A DNA stretch of 64,000 nt, from contig OZ024753.1 of assembly GCA_964016885.1 (NCBI GenBank), forward strand, positions 13,206,001 through 13,270,000, in the 5' to 3' direction. Both the position numbers and the translations under genes were made by a program. The DNA comes from Eledone cirrhosa. Its lineage: Eukaryota. The stretch's first letter is position 1; the number at the start of each line of letters is the position of its first letter. Below, piece by piece: positions 31,718 through 44,160 of the stretch. The notes beneath the pieces were generated by a model that ran no database searches, was not told where the DNA came from, and saw only the letters and a list, made by a program, of their open reading frames with translations.

Positions 31718-32525
31718 CAATATTAAATAAATGGAAAACTATATTTATAAAACCATATCTATTTCATTATATATATTTCGGGGATATCATATTAACAATA
31801 TGTTATGCCTTCATCAGACAAAATACAATATAAACAGTTTTATAGATAAATATAGTCGACATACCGTAATAAACATCAACTTCATTTGAAGAGGTTTACT
31901 CTAGCAGTGAAAATACAGAGAGAAAGAAAGAGAGAGAGAAAAGAGGGAAATAAGAAAGAAAGAAAGACAAAACGAAGAAAAGGAAGAAAAAGAAGAAAAA
32001 GAAAAAGAAGAAATGCATGGGACAAACTAGAGAGATGGAAAAATAGATAAAGCGAAGAGCTTCATGTAAAGAGACAGAAAGATATATATATATAGAGAGA
32101 GAGAGAGGAAATAGAGATAGATACATATATAAATATAGATATAGAAAAGAAAAATTAGGTAGTGGGAGGTCATTTTGAGTAAGTGTATCAATGATGCATT
32201 TATTTATTTATTTATTTATTTATTTAGCTCAAGTATTAATGTAAGGGAGATATATAGAGAGATATAGAGAGATATACAGAGAGAAAAAATTTAAAAATAG
32301 CCAGACATATTCGAGGCGTAGAAAACCCTATGTTTTAATGTATTAGTATTTATAAAACTTACACTATATTGTAAATATCAGTATTCCTGAATGAAACAAG
32401 TATTCACAATGCGTGAAAATTCATTATCTTATGTTTAGTTTTTTAAAAAATTCATATGTCTATGTGACAGCTACAAACATCAATGTGAATCCAACTGATT
32501 CACTCCGCAAATTCAAAGTTACCAG
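31718..32525 (-). mobile_element. 3' end/pLTR of the same PLE family as 1277-4060, inverted and diverged
   Basis: Reverse complement matches ~3290-4060. Confidence 0.85.
31760..31825 (-). ncRNA. Minimal hammerhead ribozyme (paralog of 3952-4017)
   Basis: tattttgt-CTGATGA-..-GAAA-tatatat-A-atgaaata on the minus strand. Confidence 0.75.
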
Positions 32526-32582
32526 AAAAATATCAGTTATAAATATTTACTAGTTGTAACCCAACAATTTTAAATATAACTT

Positions 32583-32620
<38 letters not shown>

Positions 32621-32643
32621 TGTATATATATATATATATATAA

Positions 32644-32674
<31 letters not shown>

Positions 32675-32920
32675 AATATGTATATATATATATATATATA
32701 TATAAATATGTATATATATATATATATATATATAGTTATATTTGGGGAGGGTCATATTTGCGTAATATTGCCAGAATTAATAACAGAACACACTCACTGT
32801 TTGGTTGGTTTTCGCTTCTCGCTGTCTTTTATATATATATATCTGCGATCTAACTTACTCGGTCCTCAATGTTGCCATTGACTGACCGGCGGTCAAAAAT
32901 AATACAGATACAATATAGAC

Positions 32921-32986
32921 AAACACATATATATATAGTTTACATAAATCTTTCGTTGCACATCTGCAACATCGTCAGTGGTGTTA
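32921..32986 (-). ncRNA. Hammerhead-like motif, inverted pLTR copy
   Basis: Reverse complement of 38135-38200. Confidence 0.5.
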
Positions 32987-34229
32987 TATTCATTGTTCCT
33001 CCTGTTGTGTTGTATGTCTACGCCATTTTTTTTTTGTTCAGTCTGTCTATATATTTATTTATTTATTTATTTGCTTGTTTGTTTATCTTATTTTATTTTG
33101 TCTTCTTTGCGCATGCGTTTGCGTGTGTGTATAGTGTTATGTGTGATGTGTGACTAGTGTGTGTAGTGTTGTGTCTGCTGGGTGACTAGTGTGTGTTTAT
33201 GTGCTTGTGTATGTATTTATTTATCTTATTTTATTTAATTTAATTTACTTATTTATTTATACTTCTCTTAGGTCAGTGTTGTTTGTTTGGGTGTTGTTGT
33301 TGTTCCACTCATTCTTTCTGTTTAGCTTTGGTCTTCTAATTTCTATTTCACTGGCCTCTCTGATTTGCCTATCTGCTGGGTCATTCCTATGTTTAGATAT
33401 TATTCTAATTTCTATGTTGTCTATGTTACCGTCATGATGTTGTCTAGCATGTTCGTATAGTACTGACCCGTTTTTTCGTCCTTTTAGTTCCCCCCAGTGT
33501 TGGTCTATCCTTTCACCTATGCTACGAGCTGTCTCACCTATGTATGTTGTTGTCGTGTTTCTGCAAGTACCCTCTGTACATCTTATGCTATAGACTACGT
33601 TTCTAGTTTTACAGTTTATCCGGGGGTTCACCTTACATATGATACATTTCCTATTGGTACAGTGGGTTTTCTTAAAAGGGTAGGTTTTGCTGATCAGGGA
33701 TTTTATGGTGGTTCCTGGCTTTTCTACCACCTTTATTTTTAAGTGGGTCTTTCTCAGGGCCTTTCTACACTGGTTAGCTAATTTCCCTCCAGGGGTGGCG
33801 TCCACAAACATGACACTCTGATATCTCTGGTTGTCGTACCATGATGTGGCCTTCCCTATCTTATGTCTAGCCCTATCTAAGCTATTCCATGATTTGCTCC
33901 TGTATAGTGGGCAAATTCCTTTCATGTCCAGTTCTATGAGGGTCTTATACTTTTCCATGGCTCCTTCGTATACTCTGACTCTGTCTCTTTGGTTGTAGCC
34001 AGAGAACTGCATGCGGTTGATGAAGTGTTGGATGTGTCCTTCCATTTCTGTTGGGTCGCACATGCTGGACACATTCTTCATCACTCGTACCAAATCTGCG
34101 ATCAGAATATTAAACTTAGCACTACTGGACATTGCTGAGTTTTTGAGTATCAGGTATTTGGAGGCCATGGGTTTAGCATAGTGTGAGTGTTATTAATTCT
34201 GTTATTAATTCTGGCAATATTACGCAAAT

Positions 34230-37200
34230 ATGACCCTCCCCAAATATAACAATATTTGTTTCGACACACGATTTCATATAAAAAACCTCGCAAAACTAAT
34301 TCATCGCCGCTATGGCATTAGCTTGTGCCAAGCTGAAAGGTTATTGAAAGACACTGTTTTCTGTTATATAAAAACTACAATAACAACAGAACAAATCCGC
34401 TTCTTAAAACACTGTGTTTCCTCCAAAACATACACAACAAACATATCAAAACAAGTAAATAATTTATTATTGAACAAAACACAAGCTGAACGGCTAAAAC
34501 ACACAATAACAGTTAATATGAAAAGAACAACATACACAAAAGTCAACGCACTCTACAGACAAAAACGCATCAACGGTAAGGAAATCCGAAATCTCATCAC
34601 AGCAAACGAGAGAGATGACTTCATGAGCGTCATCCGACGCGAAACGAAATATGCTCAAAACGAATGCTGTAGGCATTTCAAGAAGAAATTAGAATGGATG
34701 AATAAGAAAAAACTACAAGAAAGGAAAATCGAATATTCTCAAAAATACCCAGATAACATCGACAACATCCGTATGAGTGATGTAAAACTACCGGAAGAAT
34801 TTACCAATGACCACACAGTAAATATCTATGGGAACACTTTAATCAGTGAACAAGAACAACAAATCCTAAAGTTACCACCAAAATTTGCCATCTACAAAAA
34901 GATTAATCCTATGGAATGCAAAACGGAGCTGGAAAAGTGTTTCACAAAAATACGTTGGAATGCAAAGGTAAACAACAACAACAATAATAACGGTAGTAGT
35001 AATATAAACAATAACTCTGGGTATAGAAATAACAGCCATAACCATAACAATGGCAGGAAAGTGAGAAATAGTGATAATGGTAATAATACTAGCGATAGAC
35101 AGAACAACAACAACCACAATAATAATAATAATAGAAACGTTAACCACAGACACAGCAACAGTGACCACAGTAGTAATAACGGTAACAATACGAACAACAA
35201 CAACAACAATAACCACAGTGGTAATAATGGAAATAGTACATGTAGCAACATCAACAAAAACAAGAAACATAATAATAGTAACAACCACAATGGTAGAAAT
35301 AGCAGTAACAACAACAACAATAACGGTGAAGTAAACAACAATACATCTAGCAATCATAACAATAATAATATTAATGCTAAGGATAGAAACAACAACAACC
35401 ACCATGATAACAATAATAGCAACACACACAACTATGACGATAGAAATAACGACAACCCCTTAGAGAAACTATTTTTCAACCCAGCTGACAAAACATATAA
35501 GATGGGTAATATCTATCCTAAGAGGTTACCCTTTAATAAAAGAGTTTGCATACCACAACAAATAGATGACGAGACGGAGGCACAGTTCACCATAGCTAGA
35601 AATAAGATTAGACAAGTAGTAGACAGGTACACTATGAGACAGAGCAGACCAGAGGCCCAACAACTTGGGATAAAACCTGTAGAAGGCTTGGTTAGCCTCA
35701 AGCAGCGCACAAGGGATGGTGAGGTAGTGTGTCTACCCACAGATAAGTCTGGTAGGATGTCAATAGATAGCATGCCGAACTACATCGAGGCAATGCAACC
35801 CCACATCACCAACACGAGCGAAGTTGCACAACTAACACACGATGGGAGAGAAAAAATCCTCAACGCTCACATGATGATGTGGACTGACATCCTAAAGCCA
35901 AGCAGACGCACTGCCAACAACTTCCAGGCGTCTAACAATGGCATACCACCCTTGTATGGGCTCCGCAAAGACCACAAGACAGTCGACGACCCGACAATAG
36001 GACCACCAACAAGACCTGTATGCGGAGCTAATATAGCTAGCAACTACAGGATCTCCTACTTCCTCTCAATGGTTATACGCCCCATAATCAAGATGTCCCC
36101 AGATGTATGTGAAAGTACAGAGGACCTCCTCAGCAGAATCAGTGAGTGCAACAAAAACAGGAGCCTATCCAACTGCATAATAGGCAGCATGGATGTGGTG
36201 TCACTGTACCCATCCATTAACATTGATTTTGCTGTGAAAAGATGTGTGGAGATGATCATTGAGAGTGAGGTGGAGTTCTGCGACGTCGACACAGACGAAC
36301 TGGGCCTCCTACTTAGACTTACCTACGACACTGACTACCTAGACAGCCATGACCTTAGATGTTTCTGCCCTAGTAGACCTATAAGAGGTAGACCCCCCAC
36401 CATAACCTCAATGGCTAAAAAGACTCCCATAGGAAGGTGGATTGGGTGGACCAAAGCTATACGGACCCCCCAAAACACTGATCAGGTAAGAAAAATGGTC
36501 GCACATGCAATAGGGGCTAGTATCAAAACTACCCTAAAGGGCCACATATTTAAGTTCAATGAGAAAATCTACACCCAAAATGAGGGAGCAGCCATCGGCG
36601 TCAGCATAGCTGGCGATGTTGCCAACCTTTTCATGGTATGGTGGGAAAGGAGACTTAAAGATCTCCTTAATGAAAGCTCCATAGACCTCATCATGTACTC
36701 TCGTTATGTAGACGATATCAATATAGTTATAAGAACACCCCCACTAGAGAGCACTAACAAGTTTGATTTAGAACGTAGCACGATGGAAAGCATCCAGCAG
36801 ATAGCTAATTCCATACACCAGAGTATAACTGTAACTATAGACTTCCCTTCCAAACACCCTAACAATAGACTACCTGTATTAGACACAGAACTCTGGATTA
36901 ACACTATAGACGAGAGAGCCCAAATTCTCCACTCACACTATGCTAAACCCATGGCCTCCAAATACCTGATACTCAAAAACTCAGCAATGTCCAGTAGTGC
37001 TAAGTTTAATATTCTGATCGCAGATTTGGTACGAGTGATGAAGAATGTGTCCAGCATGTGCGACCCAACAGAAATGGAAGGACACATCCAACACTTCATC
37101 AACCGCATGCAGTTCTCTGGCTACAACCAAAGAGACAGAGTCAGAGTATACGAAGGAGCCATGGAAAAGTATAAGACCCTCATAGAACTGGACATGAAAG

Positions 37201-37862
37201 GAATTTGCCCACTATACAGGAGCAAATCATGGAATAGCTTAGATAGGGCTAGACATAAGATAGGGAAGGCCACATCATGGTACGACAACCAGAGATATCA
37301 GAGTGTCATGTTTGTGGACGCCACCCCTGGAGGGAAATTAGCTAACCAGTGTAGAAAGGCCCTGAGAAAGACCCACTTAAAAATAAAGGTGGTAGAAAAG
37401 CCAGGAACCACCATAAAATCCCTGATCAGCAAAACCTACCCTTTTAAGAAAACCCACTGTACCAATAGGAAATGTATCATATGTAAGGTGAACCCCCGGA
37501 TAAACTGTAAAACTAGAAACGTAGTCTATAGCATAAGATGTACAGAGGGTACTTGCAGAAACACGACAACAACATACATAGGTGAGACAGCTCGTAGCAT
37601 AGGTGAAAGGATAGACCAACACTGGGGGGAACTAAAAGGACGAAAAAACGGGTCAGTACTATACGAACATGCTAGACAACATCATGACGGTAACATAGAC
37701 AACATAGAAATTAGAATAATATCTAAACATAGGAATGACCCAGCAGATAGGCAAATCAGAGAGGCCAGTGAAATAGAAATTAGAAGACCAAAGCTAAACA
37801 GAAAGAATGAGTGGAACAACAACAACACCCAAACAAACAACACTGACCTAAGAGAAGTATAA
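34230..37862 (+). CDS. Penelope-like polyprotein: N-terminal domain, Asn-rich insert, reverse transcriptase, Cys linker, GIY-YIG endonuclease (1210 aa)
   Basis: PTDKSG, LYGLRKDHK, RPV, SMDVVSLYPSI, QNEGAAIG, YSRYVDD, LPVLD; CxxxxCxxC linker; VVYSIRC..C..YIGETAR..R..H..H..H; no stops. Confidence 0.95.
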   Translation: MTLPKYNNICFDTRFHIKNLAKLIHRRYGISLCQAERLLKDTVFCYIKTTITTEQIRFLKHCVSSKTYTTNISKQVNNLLLNKTQAERLKHTITVNMKRTTYTKVNALYRQKRINGKEIRNLITANERDDFMSVIRRETKYAQNECCRHFKKKLEWMNKKKLQERKIEYSQKYPDNIDNIRMSDVKLPEEFTNDHTVNIYGNTLISEQEQQILKLPPKFAIYKKINPMECKTELEKCFTKIRWNAKVNNNNNNNGSSNINNNSGYRNNSHNHNNGRKVRNSDNGNNTSDRQNNNNHNNNNNRNVNHRHSNSDHSSNNGNNTNNNNNNNHSGNNGNSTCSNINKNKKHNNSNNHNGRNSSNNNNNNGEVNNNTSSNHNNNNINAKDRNNNNHHDNNNSNTHNYDDRNNDNPLEKLFFNPADKTYKMGNIYPKRLPFNKRVCIPQQIDDETEAQFTIARNKIRQVVDRYTMRQSRPEAQQLGIKPVEGLVSLKQRTRDGEVVCLPTDKSGRMSIDSMPNYIEAMQPHITNTSEVAQLTHDGREKILNAHMMMWTDILKPSRRTANNFQASNNGIPPLYGLRKDHKTVDDPTIGPPTRPVCGANIASNYRISYFLSMVIRPIIKMSPDVCESTEDLLSRISECNKNRSLSNCIIGSMDVVSLYPSINIDFAVKRCVEMIIESEVEFCDVDTDELGLLLRLTYDTDYLDSHDLRCFCPSRPIRGRPPTITSMAKKTPIGRWIGWTKAIRTPQNTDQVRKMVAHAIGASIKTTLKGHIFKFNEKIYTQNEGAAIGVSIAGDVANLFMVWWERRLKDLLNESSIDLIMYSRYVDDINIVIRTPPLESTNKFDLERSTMESIQQIANSIHQSITVTIDFPSKHPNNRLPVLDTELWINTIDERAQILHSHYAKPMASKYLILKNSAMSSSAKFNILIADLVRVMKNVSSMCDPTEMEGHIQHFINRMQFSGYNQRDRVRVYEGAMEKYKTLIELDMKGICPLYRSKSWNSLDRARHKIGKATSWYDNQRYQSVMFVDATPGGKLANQCRKALRKTHLKIKVVEKPGTTIKSLISKTYPFKKTHCTNRKCIICKVNPRINCKTRNVVYSIRCTEGTCRNTTTTYIGETARSIGERIDQHWGELKGRKNGSVLYEHARQHHDGNIDNIEIRIISKHRNDPADRQIREASEIEIRRPKLNRKNEWNNNNTQTNNTDLREV

Positions 37863-38134
37863 ATAAATAAGTAAATTAAATTAAATAAAATAAGATAAAT
37901 AAATACATACACAAGCACATAAACACACACTAGTCACCCAGCAGACACAACACTACACACACTAGTCACACATCACACATAACACTATACACACACGCAA
38001 ACGCATGCGCAAAGAAGACAAAATAAAATAAGATAAACAAACAAGCAAATAAATAAATAAATAAATATATAGACAGACTGAACAAAAAAAAAAAATGGCG
38101 TAGACATACAACACAACAGGAGGAACAATGAATA

Positions 38135-38200
38135 TAACACCACTGACGATGTTGCAGATGTGCAACGAAAGATTTATGTAAACTATATATATATGTGTTT
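38135..38200 (+). ncRNA. Hammerhead-like motif in the family 1 pLTR
   Basis: CTGACGA-t-gttgca(gatg)tgcaac-GAAA with perfect stem II; stems I and III imperfect. Confidence 0.55.
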
Positions 38201-38471
38201 GTCTATATTGTATCTGTATTATTTTTGACCGCCGGTCAGTCAATGGCAACATTGAGGACCGAGTAAGTTAGATCGCAGATATATATATATAAAAGACAGC
38301 GAGAAGCGAAAACCAACCAAACAGTGAGTGTGTTCTGTTATTAATTCTGGCAATATTACGCAAATATGACCCTCCCCAAATATAACAATATTTGTTTCGA
38401 CACACGATTTCATATAAAAAACCTCGCAAAACTAATATATATATATATATATGTATATATATTTATATTAG

Positions 38472-38524
<53 letters not shown>

Positions 38525-38533
38525 TTATATTAG

Positions 38534-38638
<105 letters not shown>

Positions 38639-38669
38639 ATACATACATACATATTTATATATGTATATA

Positions 38670-38763
<94 letters not shown>

Positions 38764-38803
38764 TATATACATACATACATACATACATATTTATATATGT
38801 ATA

Positions 38804-38861
<58 letters not shown>

Positions 38862-39312
38862 TGGTGGCTGCCAACTCGTTTTCGAGTACGGCCACTGCTT
38901 TATATCCATGTAGGAGAACCCCTACCGATGCGCTGAACGAATGTGACTTTTTAGTCCAGCCAGCGACTTGAAAACTCTGGTACAAAGACTACACTTGTGA
39001 CCATTATTGACACATAGTGCATCATATTGACCATGTGATGACAAGTGCAGAGAGATCTCCAGATATAAGGCAATGCCTGTGCTGTGAAGCTTTTATAGTG
39101 AGCAAAGGCACTGCACAAAGCCAGTCCCACTCTCTTAACCAAGATGATATTTACCAAAAAGAAGAACAAGTCAACATCATTGGATACCATCAGGGTTGCA
39201 GGTGTTATATCAGAGTTTTCCTTCTCCTAGAATTCTGCCTTGACAAAGGCTAAGGGGTCATCTCTCCCGGTGATTTTGGATGGCTATTGAGTCTTAAGAG
39301 CTCCCTTGCCCT
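38862..39312 (-). mobile_element. Decayed LINE 3' fragment with C2H2 zinc finger (RTE-like)
   Basis: Minus strand reads [25 protein letters not shown]. Confidence 0.5.
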
Positions 39313-39379
39313 TTGTATATATATATATATATATATATATACATACATACATACATATTTATATATGTATATATATATT

Positions 39380-39410
<31 letters not shown>

Positions 39411-39438
39411 TTATATAATTATGTATATATATATATAC

Positions 39439-39516
<78 letters not shown>

Positions 39517-39681
39517 TTATTTAATTATGTATATATATATATATACATACATATATATATTTATATGAGAATGTATATATATATATATATCTATATATAT
39601 ATACATATATATATTTATATAATTATGTATATATATATATATACATACATATATATATATATATTTATATGAGTATGTATA

Positions 39682-39714
<33 letters not shown>

Positions 39715-39806
39715 TTATATAAGTATGTATATATATATATATACATACATATATATATATATATTTATATATGTATATATACACATACATACATATATAT
39801 ATATTT

Positions 39807-39880
<74 letters not shown>

Positions 39881-40018
39881 GTATATAAGTATGTATATAT
39901 ATACATACATATATATATATTTATATATGTATATATATATACATACATATATATATATTTATATATGTATATATATATATATATATATACATACATGTAT
40001 ATATATCTATATATGTAT

Positions 40019-40892
40019 ATCATCATCATCATCACCGTTTTACGTCCGTTCTTCCACGCTAGCATGGGTTAGACGGGTTGTCCTGTTGTGTGCAGTGTCT
40101 GGTCGGCTGACCATGCCTTGCTCATACAGGAACTGATCTGGCTTTATTTCTACAGCTGGATGCCCTTCCTAACACCAACCTCATTTACAGTGAGTGCTGG
40201 GTGCTTTTTCGTGGCGCCTACACATCCACCTTACAGTTTGGGCTGGGTGCTTTTTTTGCCGTGGCACCTCCACGACCACCTTGCGGTGGGGGGTGGGGCA
40301 TATTGTTTATATGCTTCAGCATGTACCCATGGGAGGTCGGGTACTCTGTATTACTGCGTGACGCCAGAAGTCACGGTCGTGTGTCATTGCCTTTGCGAGG
40401 TGTAATTGGGTAAGGTCGGCTTTAATAACCTCATCCCACGTCATCTTGGGTCTCCCCACTCCGCGGTTTCCATCAACTTCTAGTGCTCTGCACCTTTTTA
40501 TGAAGCTGTCATCCTTCATACGCATCACATGTCCATACCAGCGCAACCGCCTCTCCTGCACACAGCATTTGATTCCTCTTATGCTCAGTCTCTCTCTCAA
40601 TTCATTTATGCTTTGTCGTTCACGTATATTACTGTTACACATCCATCGGAGCATGCAGGCTTCCATTCTCTCTAATCTATGTAAGTCTTCCACCTTCAGT
40701 GCCCAGGTCTCACTACCATGCAACATCGCTGTTCGGATACACGCATCGTACAGTCTGCCTTTCATTCTGAGGGAGAAGCCTTTTGCAGCTAGCAGTGGTA
40801 GTAGTTCCCTAAACTTCTTCCATCCCGTTCTTACCCTAGTTATTGTACTTTCTGAACACCCACCTCCGTTGCTAATTCGGTCACCTAGGTAG
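40019..40892 (-). mobile_element. RTE LINE 3' fragment (duplicate of 6097-6970)
   Basis: Near-identical 203-aa ORF. Confidence 0.88.
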
Positions 40893-41424
40893 CATATATA
40901 CATATATATATATTTATATACATACATATATATATATATTTATATAAGTATATATATATTTATATATTTATATAAGTATATACATATATATATATTTATA
41001 TATTTATATAAGTATATACATATATATATATTTATATATTTATATAAGTATGTATATATATACATACATATATAAATATGTATATATATATACATACATA
41101 TATAAATATGTATATATATATATATGTATGTATATATATATATATGTATGTATATATATATATATGTATGTATGTATATATATATGTATGTATGTATATA
41201 TATATGTATGTATGTATATATATATGTATGTATGTATATATATATGTATGTATGTATATATATATATATGTATGTATGTATATATATATGTATGTATGTA
41301 TATATATATATATGTATGTATGTATATATATATATATGTATGTATGTATATATATATATATATGTATGTATGTATGTATATATATATATATGTATGTATG
41401 TATATATATATGTATGTATGTATA

Positions 41425-41511
<87 letters not shown>

Positions 41512-41524
41512 TTATATATATATG

Positions 41525-41639
<115 letters not shown>

Positions 41640-41658
41640 ATATACATATATATATATA

Positions 41659-42802
41659 TCTTCCTGATCTGTGGAGGAACTCACTGGATGCTGGCTATAT
41701 TCCTGACAACTTTCTGTCCCAGTCTGTTGTCCCAGCTTTCAAAAAGGGAGACAAGTCCCTTGCAGTGAATTGCCGTCCGATCTCACTCACTTGCCATATC
41801 ATCAAGGTATTTAAGAGGGTGGGCAGATCACAAATAGTCTCACTGTCTTGAAAGCAACGGCCTGCTGAACTCAGGCCAACATGTGTTCCGTAATGGAGGG
41901 GACTGCGTAACGCAGCTCTTGCATCATTTGATGACATTTTAAGATCTTTGGGAGAGGGCTCCAACACTGATGTCATCTATCTTGATTTCAGCAAAGCCTT
42001 TGACAGGTTTGATCGCAACATTCTACTGAAAAAGCTATCCAACATTCGTGTCTCTTGAAAGTTACTGCAATGAATCAACTGTTTCCTTATAGACAGAGTC
42101 CAGCATGTTGAGGTCGAAGGAGTAAAATTAAGCCCAGCCAAAGTCAGTAGTGGCTTTCTGCAAGGCACTTATTTTCATTATCTATATAAATGAAATTACT
42201 GACATCATCAAGCACAGCAACATAATAATCTTTGCAGATGACTCCAAGCTCCAGAAGGTCACCAATGGCATGGGTGATCGGATATTCCTCCAATCAGATC
42301 TACTGGCTGTTATGCAATGGGCGATAAAGAACAATATGCTGCTGAACAAGGATAAATTTGAGTTAATCCACTTTGGAAAAGAGGATACCCAGAAACTCCC
42401 ATACTCTTTTCCTTCAGGTGAAACTTTCGTGGCATTCAACAACATCAGAGACTTGGGAGTAATTATGGACAACAACATAAGCTGGGTCACTCATAGAAAC
42501 AGCAAAGTTGACATGGCCCGCAGAATGTGTTCCTGGATTCTCAGAACTTTCCTTTGTTAGCCGCTCTCCAGCCATATCCACACTATTATCCTTCTCTTCT
42601 TCACTTTTGCCCGACGCCACCTTGAATATTGTTGTCCACTGTGGTCTCCCCACACGAAACAAAGTAACATGAAAATTGTAGCTCCTCAAAGGTCAATCAC
42701 AAAATAGATAGATGGCATGACAGGCCTTGACTATTGGGGTCGACAAGAAAAACTCAAACTTTATTCTCTCCAACGCCGGCGTGAGCGCTACATCATCTGC
42801 AT

Positions 42803-42804
<2 letters not shown>
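41659..42804 (+). mobile_element. Decayed CR1/L2 LINE (duplicate of 7400-8531)
   Basis: Same motifs and lesions as copy A. Confidence 0.88.
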
Positions 42805-42901
<97 letters not shown>

Positions 42902-44160
42902 GCGTGTGTGTACGCGCGCACGCGCGCATACACACATTGCATAGAAGAGCCTCTACAAGACTAGAACTGTTATACTCTGCTATGTATTGAGTACCTTACG
43001 TACTCTGGTTACCTCCGATTCAACCCGGAATAATTTATATATATACATATATATATACCAGTCATGTCACTCTTGAGTGCTACTGGTAACATGTAAACCA
43101 GTACAACCTGTCGCATGGTCGGGTCGTCGGCTTGTTGGTGAGGAGGGCGATTTTGGACAGTTTACTTGGTGAGGAGGGGGATTTTGGACACCCTGCAGAA
43201 CAAGAAAAAAAACCTGACAAAGGGCGGAAGAACTCATAAAAGTCAACGGCCATCCAAAAATGAGTAAATATGTATATACACATGTACATATGTATGTGTA
43301 TGTATATGCGTGTGTATATGTCTGGGGTGTCAGGGAGCGACATGTACCTCTGTAGGGAGGGCTAGGCATGCTCTTTTCATGACAGCTCGTCCAGCATTGG
43401 GTCCCACCTGACACTCAGCTCTCACCTGTGGCCCCAAGAAGCTGTAGAATGCGACAGCGGCCACAAACCGGTAAACCACCTTGGCTGGCAGGCCGAACCA
43501 TGTTGAGGGTAGCCGGACGGGTCTGAAACCCCCCGGTGAGTTAGAAAGCGGATGCCTGCCCCTGTATGCGAAGTCTGGACCCGGCGGAGTGAGTGGAGGA
43601 GGACAACCTCGTCCCAACGGTCACAAAGGCGACGACAGCAAGCGTGTGGAGAGCTAGGGCAGGGCAAGGCACTACAGACGTCGTGGCCATCCACTGCAGC
43701 CAAGGAAGACCCTGGTCGTGACGGTCCTCCGTACCACCGGATTCTGGCTTCTGCGGCCGAGTGAGTGGGACCGTCACTGTGCACTGGCCCTCCCACTATA
43801 AACCCCGCACATGGTTTCTTCTTTAGCGTGCACTCCCATATATGTGTATATATGCATGTATATGTATATATATATACGTATATACATATACACATACATA
43901 TGCATATATATATGTATATACATGAATATATATGCATATACATATATTGATTTATATATGTATATGCATGTGTACACATGCAAATACATATATATATGCA
44001 TATGCATGTATATACTGTGTGTATCATCTGAATGAATATTATCTGATTACCTAACATCGATTACACAACTTATCAGGACTTTATCTAGTTTGTCAGCTTT
44101 AGCTTCTCGAACGACTAGCAAACTCTTAAAGAAATACAGCTCGTCTCTCTGGTTTTCGAA

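Larger units (their letters stand above)
32733..38435 (+). mobile_element. Full-length Penelope-like element (Neptune-like, family 1) with 1.46 kb inverted 5' pLTR and direct 3' pLTR
   Basis: 32733-34189 is the reverse complement of ~36930-38386; intact ORF; 3' pLTR re-enters the ORF start (38366-38435); both ends in (TA)n. Confidence 0.95.

Noticed and set aside
33257-34168. Independent 303-aa GIY-YIG gene
   Set aside because: Exact inverted copy of the PLE ORF C-terminus within the 5' pLTR.
34872-35429. Hydrophobic minus-strand membrane-protein ORFs
   Set aside because: Antisense shadows of the Asn-rich (AAC/AAT) tract.
34230-37862. Selenoprotein-type (Naiad) PLE
   Set aside because: No in-frame TGA, and the endonuclease is C-terminal rather than N-terminal.
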